A model generated the notes under the pieces. That model had not been told where the DNA came from. It saw nothing but the letters and a program-made list of their open reading frames with translations, and ran no database searches. Source: Acidimicrobiia bacterium (GTDB lineage: Bacteria > Actinomycetota > Acidimicrobiia > Spongiisociales > ZC4RG35). From it: DNA of 64,000 bases. Shown here one piece after another: positions 43,667-52,919 of this stretch. The number at the start of each line of letters is the position of its first letter. Position 1 is the first letter of the stretch. Position numbers and translations under genes: made by a program. The stretch lies in the NCBI GenBank assembly GCA_036374335.1, contig DASUUC010000085.1:1193-65192 (forward strand), read 5' to 3'.

Positions 43667-44085
43667 CGATCGAGCACATACATATCACAGGGAACGACCC
43701 GAAGTGGAACATGCCCTACACCCCGGCGATCAAGGTCACCGGCGGCTCGACGATCTATGCGTCCGGGGTGACTGCAGCGCCGGTCTACCACTCACACCCG
43801 CATGATCCTGCGGAATTCGTCGACATTCCCGACGATGCCGCCGTCCAGGCGGAGATGACCATGGAGAACCTGAAGTCCGTGCTCGCCGCGGCCGGGGCCG
43901 GTTTGGGCGACATCGTCCAGCTCATCCGGTTCATGGTCGACCAGGATCGCAACCAGGATGCGATCAACCGGGTCATGGCTCGCTACATGGGAGAGCACCG
44001 CGCCTCCAGCACATCGGTTGAAGTGGTCAGGCTGGCCACTGACCCGCGGCTGGTCCTCGAGCTCCAGGCCATCGCCGTGGTGTGA
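43663..44085 (+). CDS. RidA family protein (second copy)
   Basis: 140 aa from ATG 43663 (ATGA overlap with the amidohydrolase stop). No signal peptide. YjgF-like pattern (IKVTGGSTIYASGV ... LELQAIAVV). Confidence 0.8.
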   Translation: MTIEHIHITGNDPKWNMPYTPAIKVTGGSTIYASGVTAAPVYHSHPHDPAEFVDIPDDAAVQAEMTMENLKSVLAAAGAGLGDIVQLIRFMVDQDRNQDAINRVMARYMGEHRASSTSVEVVRLATDPRLVLELQAIAVV

Positions 44086-44144
44086 GGCGAAGAAACGTGA
44101 GTCATTTCTCCCCCGCCGTGGCGACAGTCGGATAGATTGTCGCC

Positions 44145-44504
44145 ATGCGTTTCGTGCTCAACCTGGCGGGAACCGCGGCAGCACTCTGGGTTGCGGTGTG
44201 GCTCGTGGACGGGTTTGAATTCGATGGTGAGTGGTGGCAATTCCTGATCGTCGCCTTGATCATGGGAGTGGCCAACACGGTCGTGAAGCCGCTCCTGAAG
44301 CTGTTCAGCCTCCCGCTGATTCTGGTCACGCTGGGCTTGTTCTTGTTGGTGGTCAACGCCCTGGTCCTCGGATTGGTCGTCTGGCTCTCAACTCAGTTCG
44401 AGCTGGGCTTGAGCTCGGACAGTTTCTTCTGGTCTACCTTCCTCGCCTCGATCGTGGTCTCGATCGTCGCCTGGATCATCGGAGCGGTGTTGCGCGACGA
44501 CTGA
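44145..44504 (+). CDS. Phage_holin_4_2 (YvlD-like) family four-TM membrane protein
   Basis: 119 aa. Highly characteristic LIVALIMGVANTVVKPLLKLFSLPLILVTLGLFLLVVNALVL. Confidence 0.65.
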   Translation: MRFVLNLAGTAAALWVAVWLVDGFEFDGEWWQFLIVALIMGVANTVVKPLLKLFSLPLILVTLGLFLLVVNALVLGLVVWLSTQFELGLSSDSFFWSTFLASIVVSIVAWIIGAVLRDD

Positions 44505-44514
44505 TCGCGCTCGG

Positions 44515-44578
44515 CCGAATTCCTGCTCGCGTGTACCGCGTGTCGCTGAACGACACGATTTGCTCGCGAGCAATTCGG
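44515..44578. terminator. Compound (nested) hairpin between the convergent holin-family and acyltransferase genes
   Basis: Outer arms ccgaatt(cc)tgctcgcg / cgcgagcaattcgg. Inner perfect stem cgtgtcg-ctgaa-cgacacg. Confidence 0.55.
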
Positions 44579-44588
44579 AGGGGAGGGG

Positions 44589-45875
44589 TCAGGTTTGGAT
44601 CGCCACCCGCTCTCCGGGGAGGTGGGCCACGCCCCCGAGAAACACCCCGATGACTGGGAGGCTGAGCACGAGACCGTTGAGACCTTGCTCGTCTGCGATG
44701 CCGATGGCGGCGAGAAACCCCAAGCCGGCACAGACCAGGACGACCGCCAAGACCGGACGCCACCACGCCGGCGCCGGCCGTAAGTCGCGTTCGGGTCGCT
44801 CGAAGCGACCGAACACTGCTACCAGGGCCAGGGTGGGGGCGATCAGCACGAGAAACCAGATCGGTCGGGTCAGCCACCACTGTCCGCTCAAGGGCTCGAT
44901 GCCGAAGCCCCATCCGTCGACCAACAGCCCCAACCCGATCACGATCACCATCGCGGTGAGATGCCACAGGTACAGCGTCATGATGCGGGCACTGATCGCC
45001 ACCACCGACGTCCATGCTGAAACGTTGCGCATCAGCCGCTGCAGGGCAGGCTCCAGAACGAGGATCAACCCTGCCTGAAACAACCCGAGAAATGTCAAAG
45101 TCACTCGGGGTGGGTAAGAGTTGGTGATCTGAGCGGTGTCCAGACCGACCATGGCCACCGGATAGGGACCGGCCCACACCAGGAGGAGTGTGGCGGCGAG
45201 ACCCCCGAAGAGAAGGGCGAATCGCTTTCCGTATCCGGCGACCGTCCCGTCGACCCAGGCATAGCCGAGCTGGTGAACCGTTGCCCAGACGAACACGTAG
45301 TTGAGGAACCCGACGGGCACCCAGCCGGCACCGATGGAGAGGACGTCGGCGAGAGCTCCCAGGGCGAGGCCAGCTGCGATCGACCACCAACCGAATCGGT
45401 CCCACAATGCCAACAGTGGCGGGGCAACGGTGACGATCACCACATAGGCGGCCAGGAACCAGGTCGGCACCAGCGCCACACGGGACGCAAGCTGGAGGAT
45501 CTCCCAATCGAGGCCGAGCCGGAGACCAATCCAACCTCCGATGGACCAAACCAAGAGCAGCGGGACTACGGGCAGCGCCAGTCGGCGCAACCTCGCCCGA
45601 AGCCACGCTCCATAAGGCTCTTCCCTGCTTCGGGCCGATCTCCAGGAGAGAGCGTTCGAGTAGCCCCCGACGAAGAAAAACAGGGGCATCACCTGAAACA
45701 CCCAGGTCAACGGGTGAGTCCAGTCGGCCAGCTCGAGGAGATGACCGGGGACGATCTCGCCCTCCTCGAAGGTGACGGCGGCCATCAGCCAGTGACCAAA
45801 GACGACAACGAGGATCGAGAGGACACGGATCAAGTCGACGACGCGGTTGCGTGATGCCGGAGTCGCCTCCGCCAT
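44589..45875 (-). CDS. Acyltransferase-3 family integral membrane protein
   Basis: About 428 aa from ATG 45875. About 10 TM helices. The N-terminal DLIRVLSILVVVFGHW motif is typical of the family. Confidence 0.75.
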   Translation of the reverse strand: MAEATPASRNRVVDLIRVLSILVVVFGHWLMAAVTFEEGEIVPGHLLELADWTHPLTWVFQVMPLFFFVGGYSNALSWRSARSREEPYGAWLRARLRRLALPVVPLLLVWSIGGWIGLRLGLDWEILQLASRVALVPTWFLAAYVVIVTVAPPLLALWDRFGWWSIAAGLALGALADVLSIGAGWVPVGFLNYVFVWATVHQLGYAWVDGTVAGYGKRFALLFGGLAATLLLVWAGPYPVAMVGLDTAQITNSYPPRVTLTFLGLFQAGLILVLEPALQRLMRNVSAWTSVVAISARIMTLYLWHLTAMVIVIGLGLLVDGWGFGIEPLSGQWWLTRPIWFLVLIAPTLALVAVFGRFERPERDLRPAPAWWRPVLAVVLVCAGLGFLAAIGIADEQGLNGLVLSLPVIGVFLGGVAHLPGERVAIQT

Positions 45876-45967
45876 CTCTCGGGCGCGTGTCACAAAGCTG
45901 ATGGGTTGATTGTGCCAGTGAACAGCCTCGAAAACGACCACCTGCGTATGGTGCAGCCGAGTCAGTC

Positions 45968-46399
45968 ATGATCGTCACGCTCGAGATCGCCCACATCGCC
46001 TTCGCGGCCGCCTGGTTCGGGCACAAGCTGCTGATCCCGGGTGACATCCGCAGGGCGGTTCACATCGGGTCGACCGAATCCGATGGTCTCCTCGGGAGGA
46101 TGAAACGGGCGGAGCGTTTCGGGATCCTGACCGGTCTCGGCACTCTGCTGTCGGGAGGAGCGCTGATGTGGCTAGTCGGCATCGACACCGTTGACGTTGG
46201 CGTCTGGGTCGGACTTGGCCTGGTTCTGGCGGCACTCGTCGTCGGGGCAATCACCGGTCGGCCGGCGTCGCGGCGGCTGCGGGACGCGGTCACCCGCGGT
46301 GACCGGGTGGAGGCCACTATCGCCGGGGGTCAGATCAGCCGGATCCTCGGGTTGGAGAGCCTGCTCTGGCTCGGGGCCCTCACCGCGATGGTGGTCTGA
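45968..46399 (+). CDS. Hypothetical integral membrane protein
   Basis: 143 aa with four predicted TM helices. No recognised motif. Confidence 0.5.
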   Translation: MIVTLEIAHIAFAAAWFGHKLLIPGDIRRAVHIGSTESDGLLGRMKRAERFGILTGLGTLLSGGALMWLVGIDTVDVGVWVGLGLVLAALVVGAITGRPASRRLRDAVTRGDRVEATIAGGQISRILGLESLLWLGALTAMVV

Positions 46400-46401
46400 G
46401 C

Positions 46402-46728
46402 CTACGAGCCGGGCGAGTAGTCGGTGGGAATGAGCACTTTCTCTTTGATCTCACCCACCGCCTGGCCGTGCTCGGCGGCCCAGCGCTTCTTGATGTCCTT
46501 CCACTCCTGGTCCGCCATGAATCCTGCCCATGATTCCTTCATGGTGGCCTCGTCGGGCCACTGCAACAGGTAGACGAACTCGGTTCGCTCCTTCGTTTTC
46601 GCCTCCCAGATCGACAGGAAGCGGAATCCGTAGGACTCCATGATCCTGATTGCGTGGTCCCGGAACCGGTCGTGGAAAGCCTGCTTGTTGTCTTCGAAGA
46701 TCTCGTAGATTCGTAGCTGGTGAATCAC
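46402..46728 (-). CDS. NIPSNAP family protein
   Basis: 108 aa. MIHQLRIYEIFEDNKQAFHDRF ... is typical of NIPSNAP. Confidence 0.75.
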   Translation of the reverse strand: MIHQLRIYEIFEDNKQAFHDRFRDHAIRIMESYGFRFLSIWEAKTKERTEFVYLLQWPDEATMKESWAGFMADQEWKDIKKRWAAEHGQAVGEIKEKVLIPTDYSPGS

Positions 46729-46734
46729 TTGGTC

Positions 46735-47748
46735 TCAGACGGGCTGACGGTCTCGGTGTTCGACCTTACCGTCGGCGTGTAGGGCGAATCTACCTTCGCT
46801 GCGTTCGTGGACCGGGTCGGGACCGGCCCAGGGCCAACCCCCGAACTGGGTCCGCCGGTAGTCCTCCACCGCCTCCCGGAGCTCCTCGGCCGAGTTCATC
46901 ACGAACGGGCCCATCTGGAATACCGGCGCCCCGATGGGTCGACCCTGCAGCATCAGGAACTCGGCCGGAGCGCCCTTGTTCGCCAGCGTGATCTGAGCCT
47001 CTGAGTCGAGTCGGGCACCGATGTCCTCCGACACCGCGGTGCCGTCGACTGTCACGTCGTCACCACGAAAGCAGTAGAGAGTTCGGTTGGTCCCCGCTTC
47101 GGCAGGAGGCAAGTCGTAGACCGCGCCCGGAGCGAGACGGACCAGCCAGATGGCGAAGTCGGTATCGGCACGGGATGCCCAGGAGTCGGGTGGGGGCGAT
47201 GGTGGGGTCGAAGCGCCGAGACGACCGGCTATGGCGTCGACAGACACACCGACCGCGGGGGACACTGTGGGAATCTCCTCGCTCCAGAGCATTCCGAAAT
47301 AGGCGTCGACCATTTTCGACTCAGGCGGGAGGTTCAGCCAGATCTGGAACAGCTCGAGCGGGTTGTCGCCGTCGGGGTTGAGTAGAGGAAACATCTCGGA
47401 GTGCATGATTCCGCTGCCCGTGGTCAGCCACTGCACATCGCCTTGCCCGTACCGGGCGGTAGCACCGAGCGAGTCGGAGTGGTCGACATAGCCCCTCCTG
47501 ACCACGGTGACCGTCTCGAACCCGCGATGGGGATGCCGAGGGAATCCGGGGATCCTCACCCCGTGGTACATGCTCCACCCGTCGAGGTAGGAGAAATCGG
47601 AACCGAGGTTCCGCCCAAGCAACGGTGCCACCGGCCCGAGCTGGTCATTTCCAGCCGGGTAGTGGTCGAGGTGATGCACCGTGAACAGGAAGGGATCGAA
47701 CCCCTCCCAGGGGAATCCCAGCTCTACGAGGTCCTGGATCGCAGCCAT
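46735..47748 (-). CDS. Pirin family protein
   Basis: 337 aa. FPRHPHRGFETVTVVRRGYVDHSDS and QIWLNLP pirin signatures. Confidence 0.85.
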   Translation of the reverse strand: MAAIQDLVELGFPWEGFDPFLFTVHHLDHYPAGNDQLGPVAPLLGRNLGSDFSYLDGWSMYHGVRIPGFPRHPHRGFETVTVVRRGYVDHSDSLGATARYGQGDVQWLTTGSGIMHSEMFPLLNPDGDNPLELFQIWLNLPPESKMVDAYFGMLWSEEIPTVSPAVGVSVDAIAGRLGASTPPSPPPDSWASRADTDFAIWLVRLAPGAVYDLPPAEAGTNRTLYCFRGDDVTVDGTAVSEDIGARLDSEAQITLANKGAPAEFLMLQGRPIGAPVFQMGPFVMNSAEELREAVEDYRRTQFGGWPWAGPDPVHERSEGRFALHADGKVEHRDRQPV

Positions 47749-47784
47749 GTGGTGGGTTCAACAGTACCGCGACCCCGTCATTCC

Positions 47785-47839
47785 ACCATTCTGTGCGGGT
47801 CTTTCGGGGCTCAGTCCCGGTGAACCCGCACAGAACGGT
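47785..47839 (-). repeat. Family-2 hairpin element, copy B, downstream of trpA
   Basis: Arms accattctgtgcgggt / acccgcacagaacggt. The 23-nt core carries CTGAGCCC on the minus strand, so the element is co-oriented with the trp operon. Confidence 0.7.
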
Positions 47840-47940
47840 TATGGCCGGCGGATGTGACCATCAGGCGCCCGTCATGGAGCTCGACGAAGCGGACGATCGA
47901 TGCCTTGTCCTTGACGAGACACCCCTTTCGAGCACGACGA

Positions 47941-48711
47941 TCACGAGACCGCCACCGGCCGCAGCCCGTCGAGGAACGCCGCCGGATCTTCCCCCAGATC
48001 GATGGCGTCGATCAGCGCGGAACCCACTACGACGCCATCGACGTGACCGGCGAGCCCCTCCACCTGGGACCGCTCCCGCACCCCGAAACCGGCCAGCACC
48101 GGAAGCGACGACGCCGCCTTCACCCGGTCCAGATAGGCAAGCACCGCATCGTCGAACAGCGTGGTCCGCCCCGTGGTGCCCTTGGTGGTCACCGCATAGA
48201 CGAAGCCCCGGCTGGCCCCGGCGAGCTTGGCGAGACGTTCGTCCGGCGTGGTCGGAGCCACCAGTTGGACGAGACCCTGCCCCCTTGCCTCGAGCAAACC
48301 GATCAGCTCGGCACTCTCCTCAACAGGAAGATCGGGCACGATCAGCCCGGATGTGCCCGCCTCACTCATGCGATCCACGAGACGCTCGAGCCCGTAGGCG
48401 AGGAACGGGTTGTAATAGCCCATCATCAGATGCGGAGCGTCCAGGTCAGCGGCGTCGAGTGTCTCGAAGATGTAATCGAGATGGACACCGTTGACCAGCG
48501 CCCGGTGACTTGCTCGTTGGATGGTCTGCCCGTCGGCCATGGGGTCGGTGAAGGGGACCCCCACCTCGACTACGTCGGCGGCATCCGCCACTTTGGCGAG
48601 GATCTTCGGGAACGTGTCGAGATCGGGATATCCCGCGGTCAGATAAGCGCAAATGGCACGGCCGCCGGCCGTCTCGATCGCCGTGGTCACCTTGGCTATG
48701 AGGTCACTCAC
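47941..48711 (-). CDS. trpA: Tryptophan synthase alpha chain
   Basis: 256 aa from GTG 48711 (GTGAGTGA overlap with the trpB stop). AICAYLTAGYPD, VEVGVPFTDPMADG. Confidence 0.9.
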   Translation of the reverse strand: MSDLIAKVTTAIETAGGRAICAYLTAGYPDLDTFPKILAKVADAADVVEVGVPFTDPMADGQTIQRASHRALVNGVHLDYIFETLDAADLDAPHLMMGYYNPFLAYGLERLVDRMSEAGTSGLIVPDLPVEESAELIGLLEARGQGLVQLVAPTTPDERLAKLAGASRGFVYAVTTKGTTGRTTLFDDAVLAYLDRVKAASSLPVLAGFGVRERSQVEGLAGHVDGVVVGSALIDAIDLGEDPAAFLDGLRPVAVS

Positions 48712-49894
48712 CGTCGGCCTCCCTGATGATGTCGAGGTCCTTGTCACCCCGCCCGGAGACACATATCGCAATGGTGGATCCCGGGTGCTCCGCGGCCCAT
48801 CGTTTGGCTCCGGCGAGCGCATGCGCCGACTCCAGCGCTGGAATGATCCCCTCGGCTGTAGAGCACTCCTTCAAGGCGGCCAGGGCCTCCGAATCGGACG
48901 CGGAGACATACGTGGCCCGTCCCGAGTCGCGAAGCATGGCGTGCTCCGGACCCACGCCCGGGTAGTCGAGACCAGGCGCGATGGAGTGGGTCTCGTGCAC
49001 CTGTCCGTACCCGTCCTGCAACAGCGGAGTCATCGCTCCGTGGAGAACACCGACGGTATCCGAACCGAGAGTGGCGCTATGAGACTCGCCGTCTCCACCG
49101 GCCTCCACACCGAGCAACGCAACTGCCTCATCGTCGACAAACCCACGGAACATGCCGATGGCGTTGGAGCCGCCACCGACACAGGCGACGGCAACGTCGG
49201 GTAGCGAGCCTGTCGTCTCGATCGTCTGCCTCCTGGCTTCGGTGCCGATGATCGACTGCAATTCGGCAACCAGCGTCGGATAGGGGTGGGGCCCCACCGC
49301 CGACCCGAGCAGGTAGTACGTCCCGTCGGGATCGGAAACCCAGTCGCGCATCGCCTCGTCGATGGCCGACTGCAGTGTCTGGGCCCCCTTTTCGACCGGG
49401 ACCACCGTGGCGCCGAGCAGGTTCATCCGCTCCACATTGGTCCGTTGCCGGACCACGTCGACCGCGCCCATGTAGACGGTGCAGGGCAGGCCAACTCGAG
49501 CCGCGGCGGCCGCGGCAGCCACTCCGTGTTGCCCGGCTCCGGTCTCGGCGACGATCCGGGAGACCCCGAGACGTCTCGCCACGAGCGCCTGGCCGATGGC
49601 GTTGTTGATCTTGTGGGCCCCGGTGTGACAGAGGTCCTCCCGCTTGAGAAGCACCCGTGCACCCCAGGCTTCCCCCAAGCGCTCCGCCGGGGTGAGCGGC
49701 GTGGGGCGACCGACGAACGTCGCCTGCTCATGGGCCAACTCGGCTTGAAAACTGTCGTCGTCGAAGAGGGCGAAGACTGTCTCCTCCAGCTTCTCGAGTG
49801 CGGTCATCAGGGTCTCGGGGACATACCTCCCCCCGTAGGCGCCATATCTGCCGTCGGGTGAGACTCGTCGCTGCGACTTGGTCGTCACGGTCAT
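48704..49894 (-). CDS. trpB: Tryptophan synthase beta chain
   Basis: 396 aa. GRYGAYGGRYVPETL, LKREDLCHTGAHKINN, GGGSNAIG. Confidence 0.95.
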   Translation of the reverse strand: MTVTTKSQRRVSPDGRYGAYGGRYVPETLMTALEKLEETVFALFDDDSFQAELAHEQATFVGRPTPLTPAERLGEAWGARVLLKREDLCHTGAHKINNAIGQALVARRLGVSRIVAETGAGQHGVAAAAAAARVGLPCTVYMGAVDVVRQRTNVERMNLLGATVVPVEKGAQTLQSAIDEAMRDWVSDPDGTYYLLGSAVGPHPYPTLVAELQSIIGTEARRQTIETTGSLPDVAVACVGGGSNAIGMFRGFVDDEAVALLGVEAGGDGESHSATLGSDTVGVLHGAMTPLLQDGYGQVHETHSIAPGLDYPGVGPEHAMLRDSGRATYVSASDSEALAALKECSTAEGIIPALESAHALAGAKRWAAEHPGSTIAICVSGRGDKDLDIIREADGE

Positions 49895-50484
49895 GCGTTC
49901 ACCAACCTTTCTTCAGCCGCCCGGACGGCGGCCACAAAAGAACGAATCAACACCGGGTCTTTCACCCCCGGCGAGCTCTCCACCCCGCTACTCGCGTCCA
50001 CTCCGAAGGGTCTCACCGTTGTTATGGCGCGCCCGACGTTGTCGGGTCTCAGGCCTCCGGCCAGAACCAGGTCACCGAGACGGGCCACCGAGGTGGCCCT
50101 CGCCAGGTCGACCTGCTGACCGGTTCCGCTGACCGGACCTTCGTAGAGAAAGCGGCCACCGTCGGGCACCCGGTCTCCGCCTTCTCGGAACACCGGAAGC
50201 GTGCCAGTCGCATCGAAACCTTCGAGGGTGTCGTCGTCGGCCTGAACCAGGTCGGGGGTGAACTCCTCGAGCACGGCCTCGATCTCGGCGCGGTCGGGTC
50301 GACGAAACACCGCCACTCTCAACATATGAGGAGGCAACTCACCGGAGATCGAAAGCGCCCGACGTGGCGTCACCTGTCGCGGCGAGGTGGCGAACACGAA
50401 GCCGATGGCGTCGACCCCTGAAGACGCGGCAACCTGTCCTGCATCATGGTCTGTGATCCCGCAGATCTTGATGAACAAGCTCAT
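49891..50484 (-). CDS. trpF: Phosphoribosylanthranilate isomerase
   Basis: 197 aa. FIKICGITDHDAGQVAASSGVDAIGFVF. Overlapping start and stop codons with trpC and trpB. Confidence 0.9.
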   Translation of the reverse strand: MSLFIKICGITDHDAGQVAASSGVDAIGFVFATSPRQVTPRRALSISGELPPHMLRVAVFRRPDRAEIEAVLEEFTPDLVQADDDTLEGFDATGTLPVFREGGDRVPDGGRFLYEGPVSGTGQQVDLARATSVARLGDLVLAGGLRPDNVGRAITTVRPFGVDASSGVESSPGVKDPVLIRSFVAAVRAAEERLVNA

Positions 50485-51299
50485 CGCACTCCGGATACCT
50501 GGTCACGTCCGCTGGCGATGAGCTCTGCAAGAGCGGCGCCCGGATCGTCCCGGGAGACGAGTGAGGAGCCGACGAGGGCCATGCTGTACCCCAATCCGGC
50601 GACCGAGGTGACGTGCTCGGACGTGGTGATCCCGCTTTCGGCCACCGCAGGCAGATAGTCGGGAAGATGCGGCGCCAGTGACTCGAAACGGGAGAAATCG
50701 ATGCCCAGTGTGGCCAGGTCACGGCAGTTGACCCCAACCAGCACCTCGCGATCGAAGACACGGACGGCCGTCTCCAGATCGAAGCAGTCGAAGATCTCCA
50801 CCAGAACGAACATGCCCAGGTCGAGCGTCTGGTCGGTCATCTCCTCCAACAGGTCACCGGGCAGCATCCGGGTGATCAGGAGCACACCGGAGGCTCCCGC
50901 GGCCCTGGCTTCCAGAACCTGAATGGGATCGACCAGGAAGTCTTTTCTCATCACCGGCAGGCCCACCGCGTCACCGACGGCCTCGAGATGGTCGAGATGC
51001 CCAAGGAATCTCGACGGTTCGGTGAGCACCGAGATGGCGGCGGCCCCGTTGGCGGCGTAGTTCTCGGCGAGCGCCACCACCCGGTCGACTGTCGCCGGGC
51101 CTTTCACCAGCTTCCCGTCGGCCGGACTAGCCAGCTTGGCCTCCGCGATCACGTCGAATCCTGCATCCGAAAAGCGAAGCGGGATCGGCGGGTGAGCCGA
51201 CGAAACCCGGGAGTCGAGGCCGGTCGCGGTTTGCGCCTGCTTGGCGTTACGCGCTCGGGCGATACTCGAATCGGTCATCTCCTGAAGGAAATCAGACAC
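50481..51299 (-). CDS. trpC: Indole-3-glycerol phosphate synthase
   Basis: 272 aa. VIAEAKLASP, SVLTEPSRF, MRKDFLVDPIQV, LVEIF, VGVNCRDL. Confidence 0.9.
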   Translation of the reverse strand: MSDFLQEMTDSSIARARNAKQAQTATGLDSRVSSAHPPIPLRFSDAGFDVIAEAKLASPADGKLVKGPATVDRVVALAENYAANGAAAISVLTEPSRFLGHLDHLEAVGDAVGLPVMRKDFLVDPIQVLEARAAGASGVLLITRMLPGDLLEEMTDQTLDLGMFVLVEIFDCFDLETAVRVFDREVLVGVNCRDLATLGIDFSRFESLAPHLPDYLPAVAESGITTSEHVTSVAGLGYSMALVGSSLVSRDDPGAALAELIASGRDQVSGVR

Positions 51300-52311
51300 C
51301 GACCGACTCCCGGGTCGCCCACGCAGTCAAACGGCCCAACAACCCTGTGGCTGCACCATCGTCCAGGGCCGTCGAAACTCGCTCGCTCGCCGCTTCGACC
51401 GTGGACCCGGTCACCCGGAGGGCGAGCCCCGCTCCCAGCACCAGCGCATCCCGGTGAGGCCCCTCTTCTCCGGCGAACACGCGTCGGATCGCTTCGGCGT
51501 TTTCGGCGGGATCGCCACCAATGAGATCGTGGGGGTCACAACGGGCGATACCGAAATCGGCCGGATCCTCAACCAGTTCGACCACTTTCCCTGGGGTCAC
51601 GTCGAAGAGGAGATACGGCCCGACCGGCGTCGGCTCGTCCCACCCCGGCTCGCCGTGAATGACGAAAGCCCGGGTGATGTCCATCCCCGAGAGGGTCTCC
51701 GCGATCATGCGCGCCGCCTCAGGGCTGTACACCCCGACGACCAGGTGTGGTGTCCGGGCCGGGTTGGCCAGCGGGCCCACGAGGTTGAAGATGGTGCGTG
51801 CTCCCATGGATTGCCGAACCGGGGCCACCGACTTCATGGCAGGGTGATACGCCGGGGCGAAGAGATAGGTGAAACCGGTGTCGGCGAATACTTCACCGGC
51901 CCGACGGGCATCCCAAGGCACGTCGAGCCCGAGCGCAGCGAGGACATCGAAGCTGCCGCTGCGACTGGAAACAGACCGGTTACCGTGTTTGATCACCTCA
52001 GCTCCCGCGGCCGCCGCGAGCAGGGCTGCTCCAGTCGACAGGTTGAGACTGCCCGATGAGTCGCCACCGGTGCCGACCACGTCGACCGCCCGCGAGGTAT
52101 CCGCGATCTCGGGACGGACCGCGAGGTCCTGCAGGCCCTGGACAAACACTCGCACCTCGCCTGCCGACTCACCCCTGGTCCGCAATGCGGCCAAAGCGGA
52201 AGCGGCCAACGCCGGATCGAGCTCCGCGGCGGTCAGGTAGCCCACCAGCGTTGCGGCTTCGTCATCGGTGAGGACTTCCCGATCCAATAGCTTGCCGATG
52301 ATTTCTCTCAT
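51292..52311 (-). CDS. trpD: Anthranilate phosphoribosyltransferase
   Basis: 339 aa. VDVVGTGGDSSGSLNLSTGAALLAAAAG, KHGNRSVSSRSGS. Confidence 0.9.
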   Translation of the reverse strand: MREIIGKLLDREVLTDDEAATLVGYLTAAELDPALAASALAALRTRGESAGEVRVFVQGLQDLAVRPEIADTSRAVDVVGTGGDSSGSLNLSTGAALLAAAAGAEVIKHGNRSVSSRSGSFDVLAALGLDVPWDARRAGEVFADTGFTYLFAPAYHPAMKSVAPVRQSMGARTIFNLVGPLANPARTPHLVVGVYSPEAARMIAETLSGMDITRAFVIHGEPGWDEPTPVGPYLLFDVTPGKVVELVEDPADFGIARCDPHDLIGGDPAENAEAIRRVFAGEEGPHRDALVLGAGLALRVTGSTVEAASERVSTALDDGAATGLLGRLTAWATRESVGV

Positions 52312-52919
52312 GACGACGCACCCACCAATCCTTCACTCCTCTCCCGGGCACGCAAACCGAGGAAGTTGGAGATGAGCCGACCTCCCAGCGGCGTGAGCAC
52401 ACTCTCGGGGTGGAACTGCACTCCTTCGACGGGCAATGATTTGTGCCGCACCCCCATGATTTCCCCGTCCGAGGTGTAGCCCGAGATAGCCAACTCGTCG
52501 GGAAGGGTCACCTCGGACACGGCGAGAGAGTGATAGCGGCCGCCGACGAAGGGGTTGGGCAGCCCGGCGAACACGGTACGGCGGTCGTGATATATCTCCG
52601 AGGACTTGCCGTGCATCAGGGACAATGCCGGATCGATCTTGCCGCCAAAAGCGACACCGATCGCCTGGTGCCCCAGACACACCCCGAGGATCGGAATGCG
52701 TCCGGCGAAATGCCGGATCATCTCGACTGACGCTCCGGCGTCCTCGGGCCGACCCGGGCCGGGGGATATCACCAGATGGGTGGGACGGATCTCGTCGGCC
52801 CGACCCGGGGTGATGTCGTCGTTGTACTCCACGCTGACCCTCACGCCCGTGGCCAGGAAGGCTTGCACCAGGTTGTAGGTGAAGGAGTCGTAGTTGTCGA
52901 CTACCAGCACGTGGCTCAT
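52308..52919 (-). CDS. trpG: Anthranilate synthase component II (glutamine amidotransferase)
   Basis: 203 aa. VLVVDNYDSFTYNLVQ, PILGVCLGHQ, GVQFHPES. Confidence 0.9.
   Translation of the reverse strand: MSHVLVVDNYDSFTYNLVQAFLATGVRVSVEYNDDITPGRADEIRPTHLVISPGPGRPEDAGASVEMIRHFAGRIPILGVCLGHQAIGVAFGGKIDPALSLMHGKSSEIYHDRRTVFAGLPNPFVGGRYHSLAVSEVTLPDELAISGYTSDGEIMGVRHKSLPVEGVQFHPESVLTPLGGRLISNFLGLRARERSEGLVGASS

Noticed and set aside
44145-44504. Holin-family gene as a possible prophage marker.
   Set aside because: There are no phage structural, lysin, integrase or terminase genes nearby. Phage_holin_4_2/YvlD-like proteins are common chromosomal membrane proteins in Actinomycetota.
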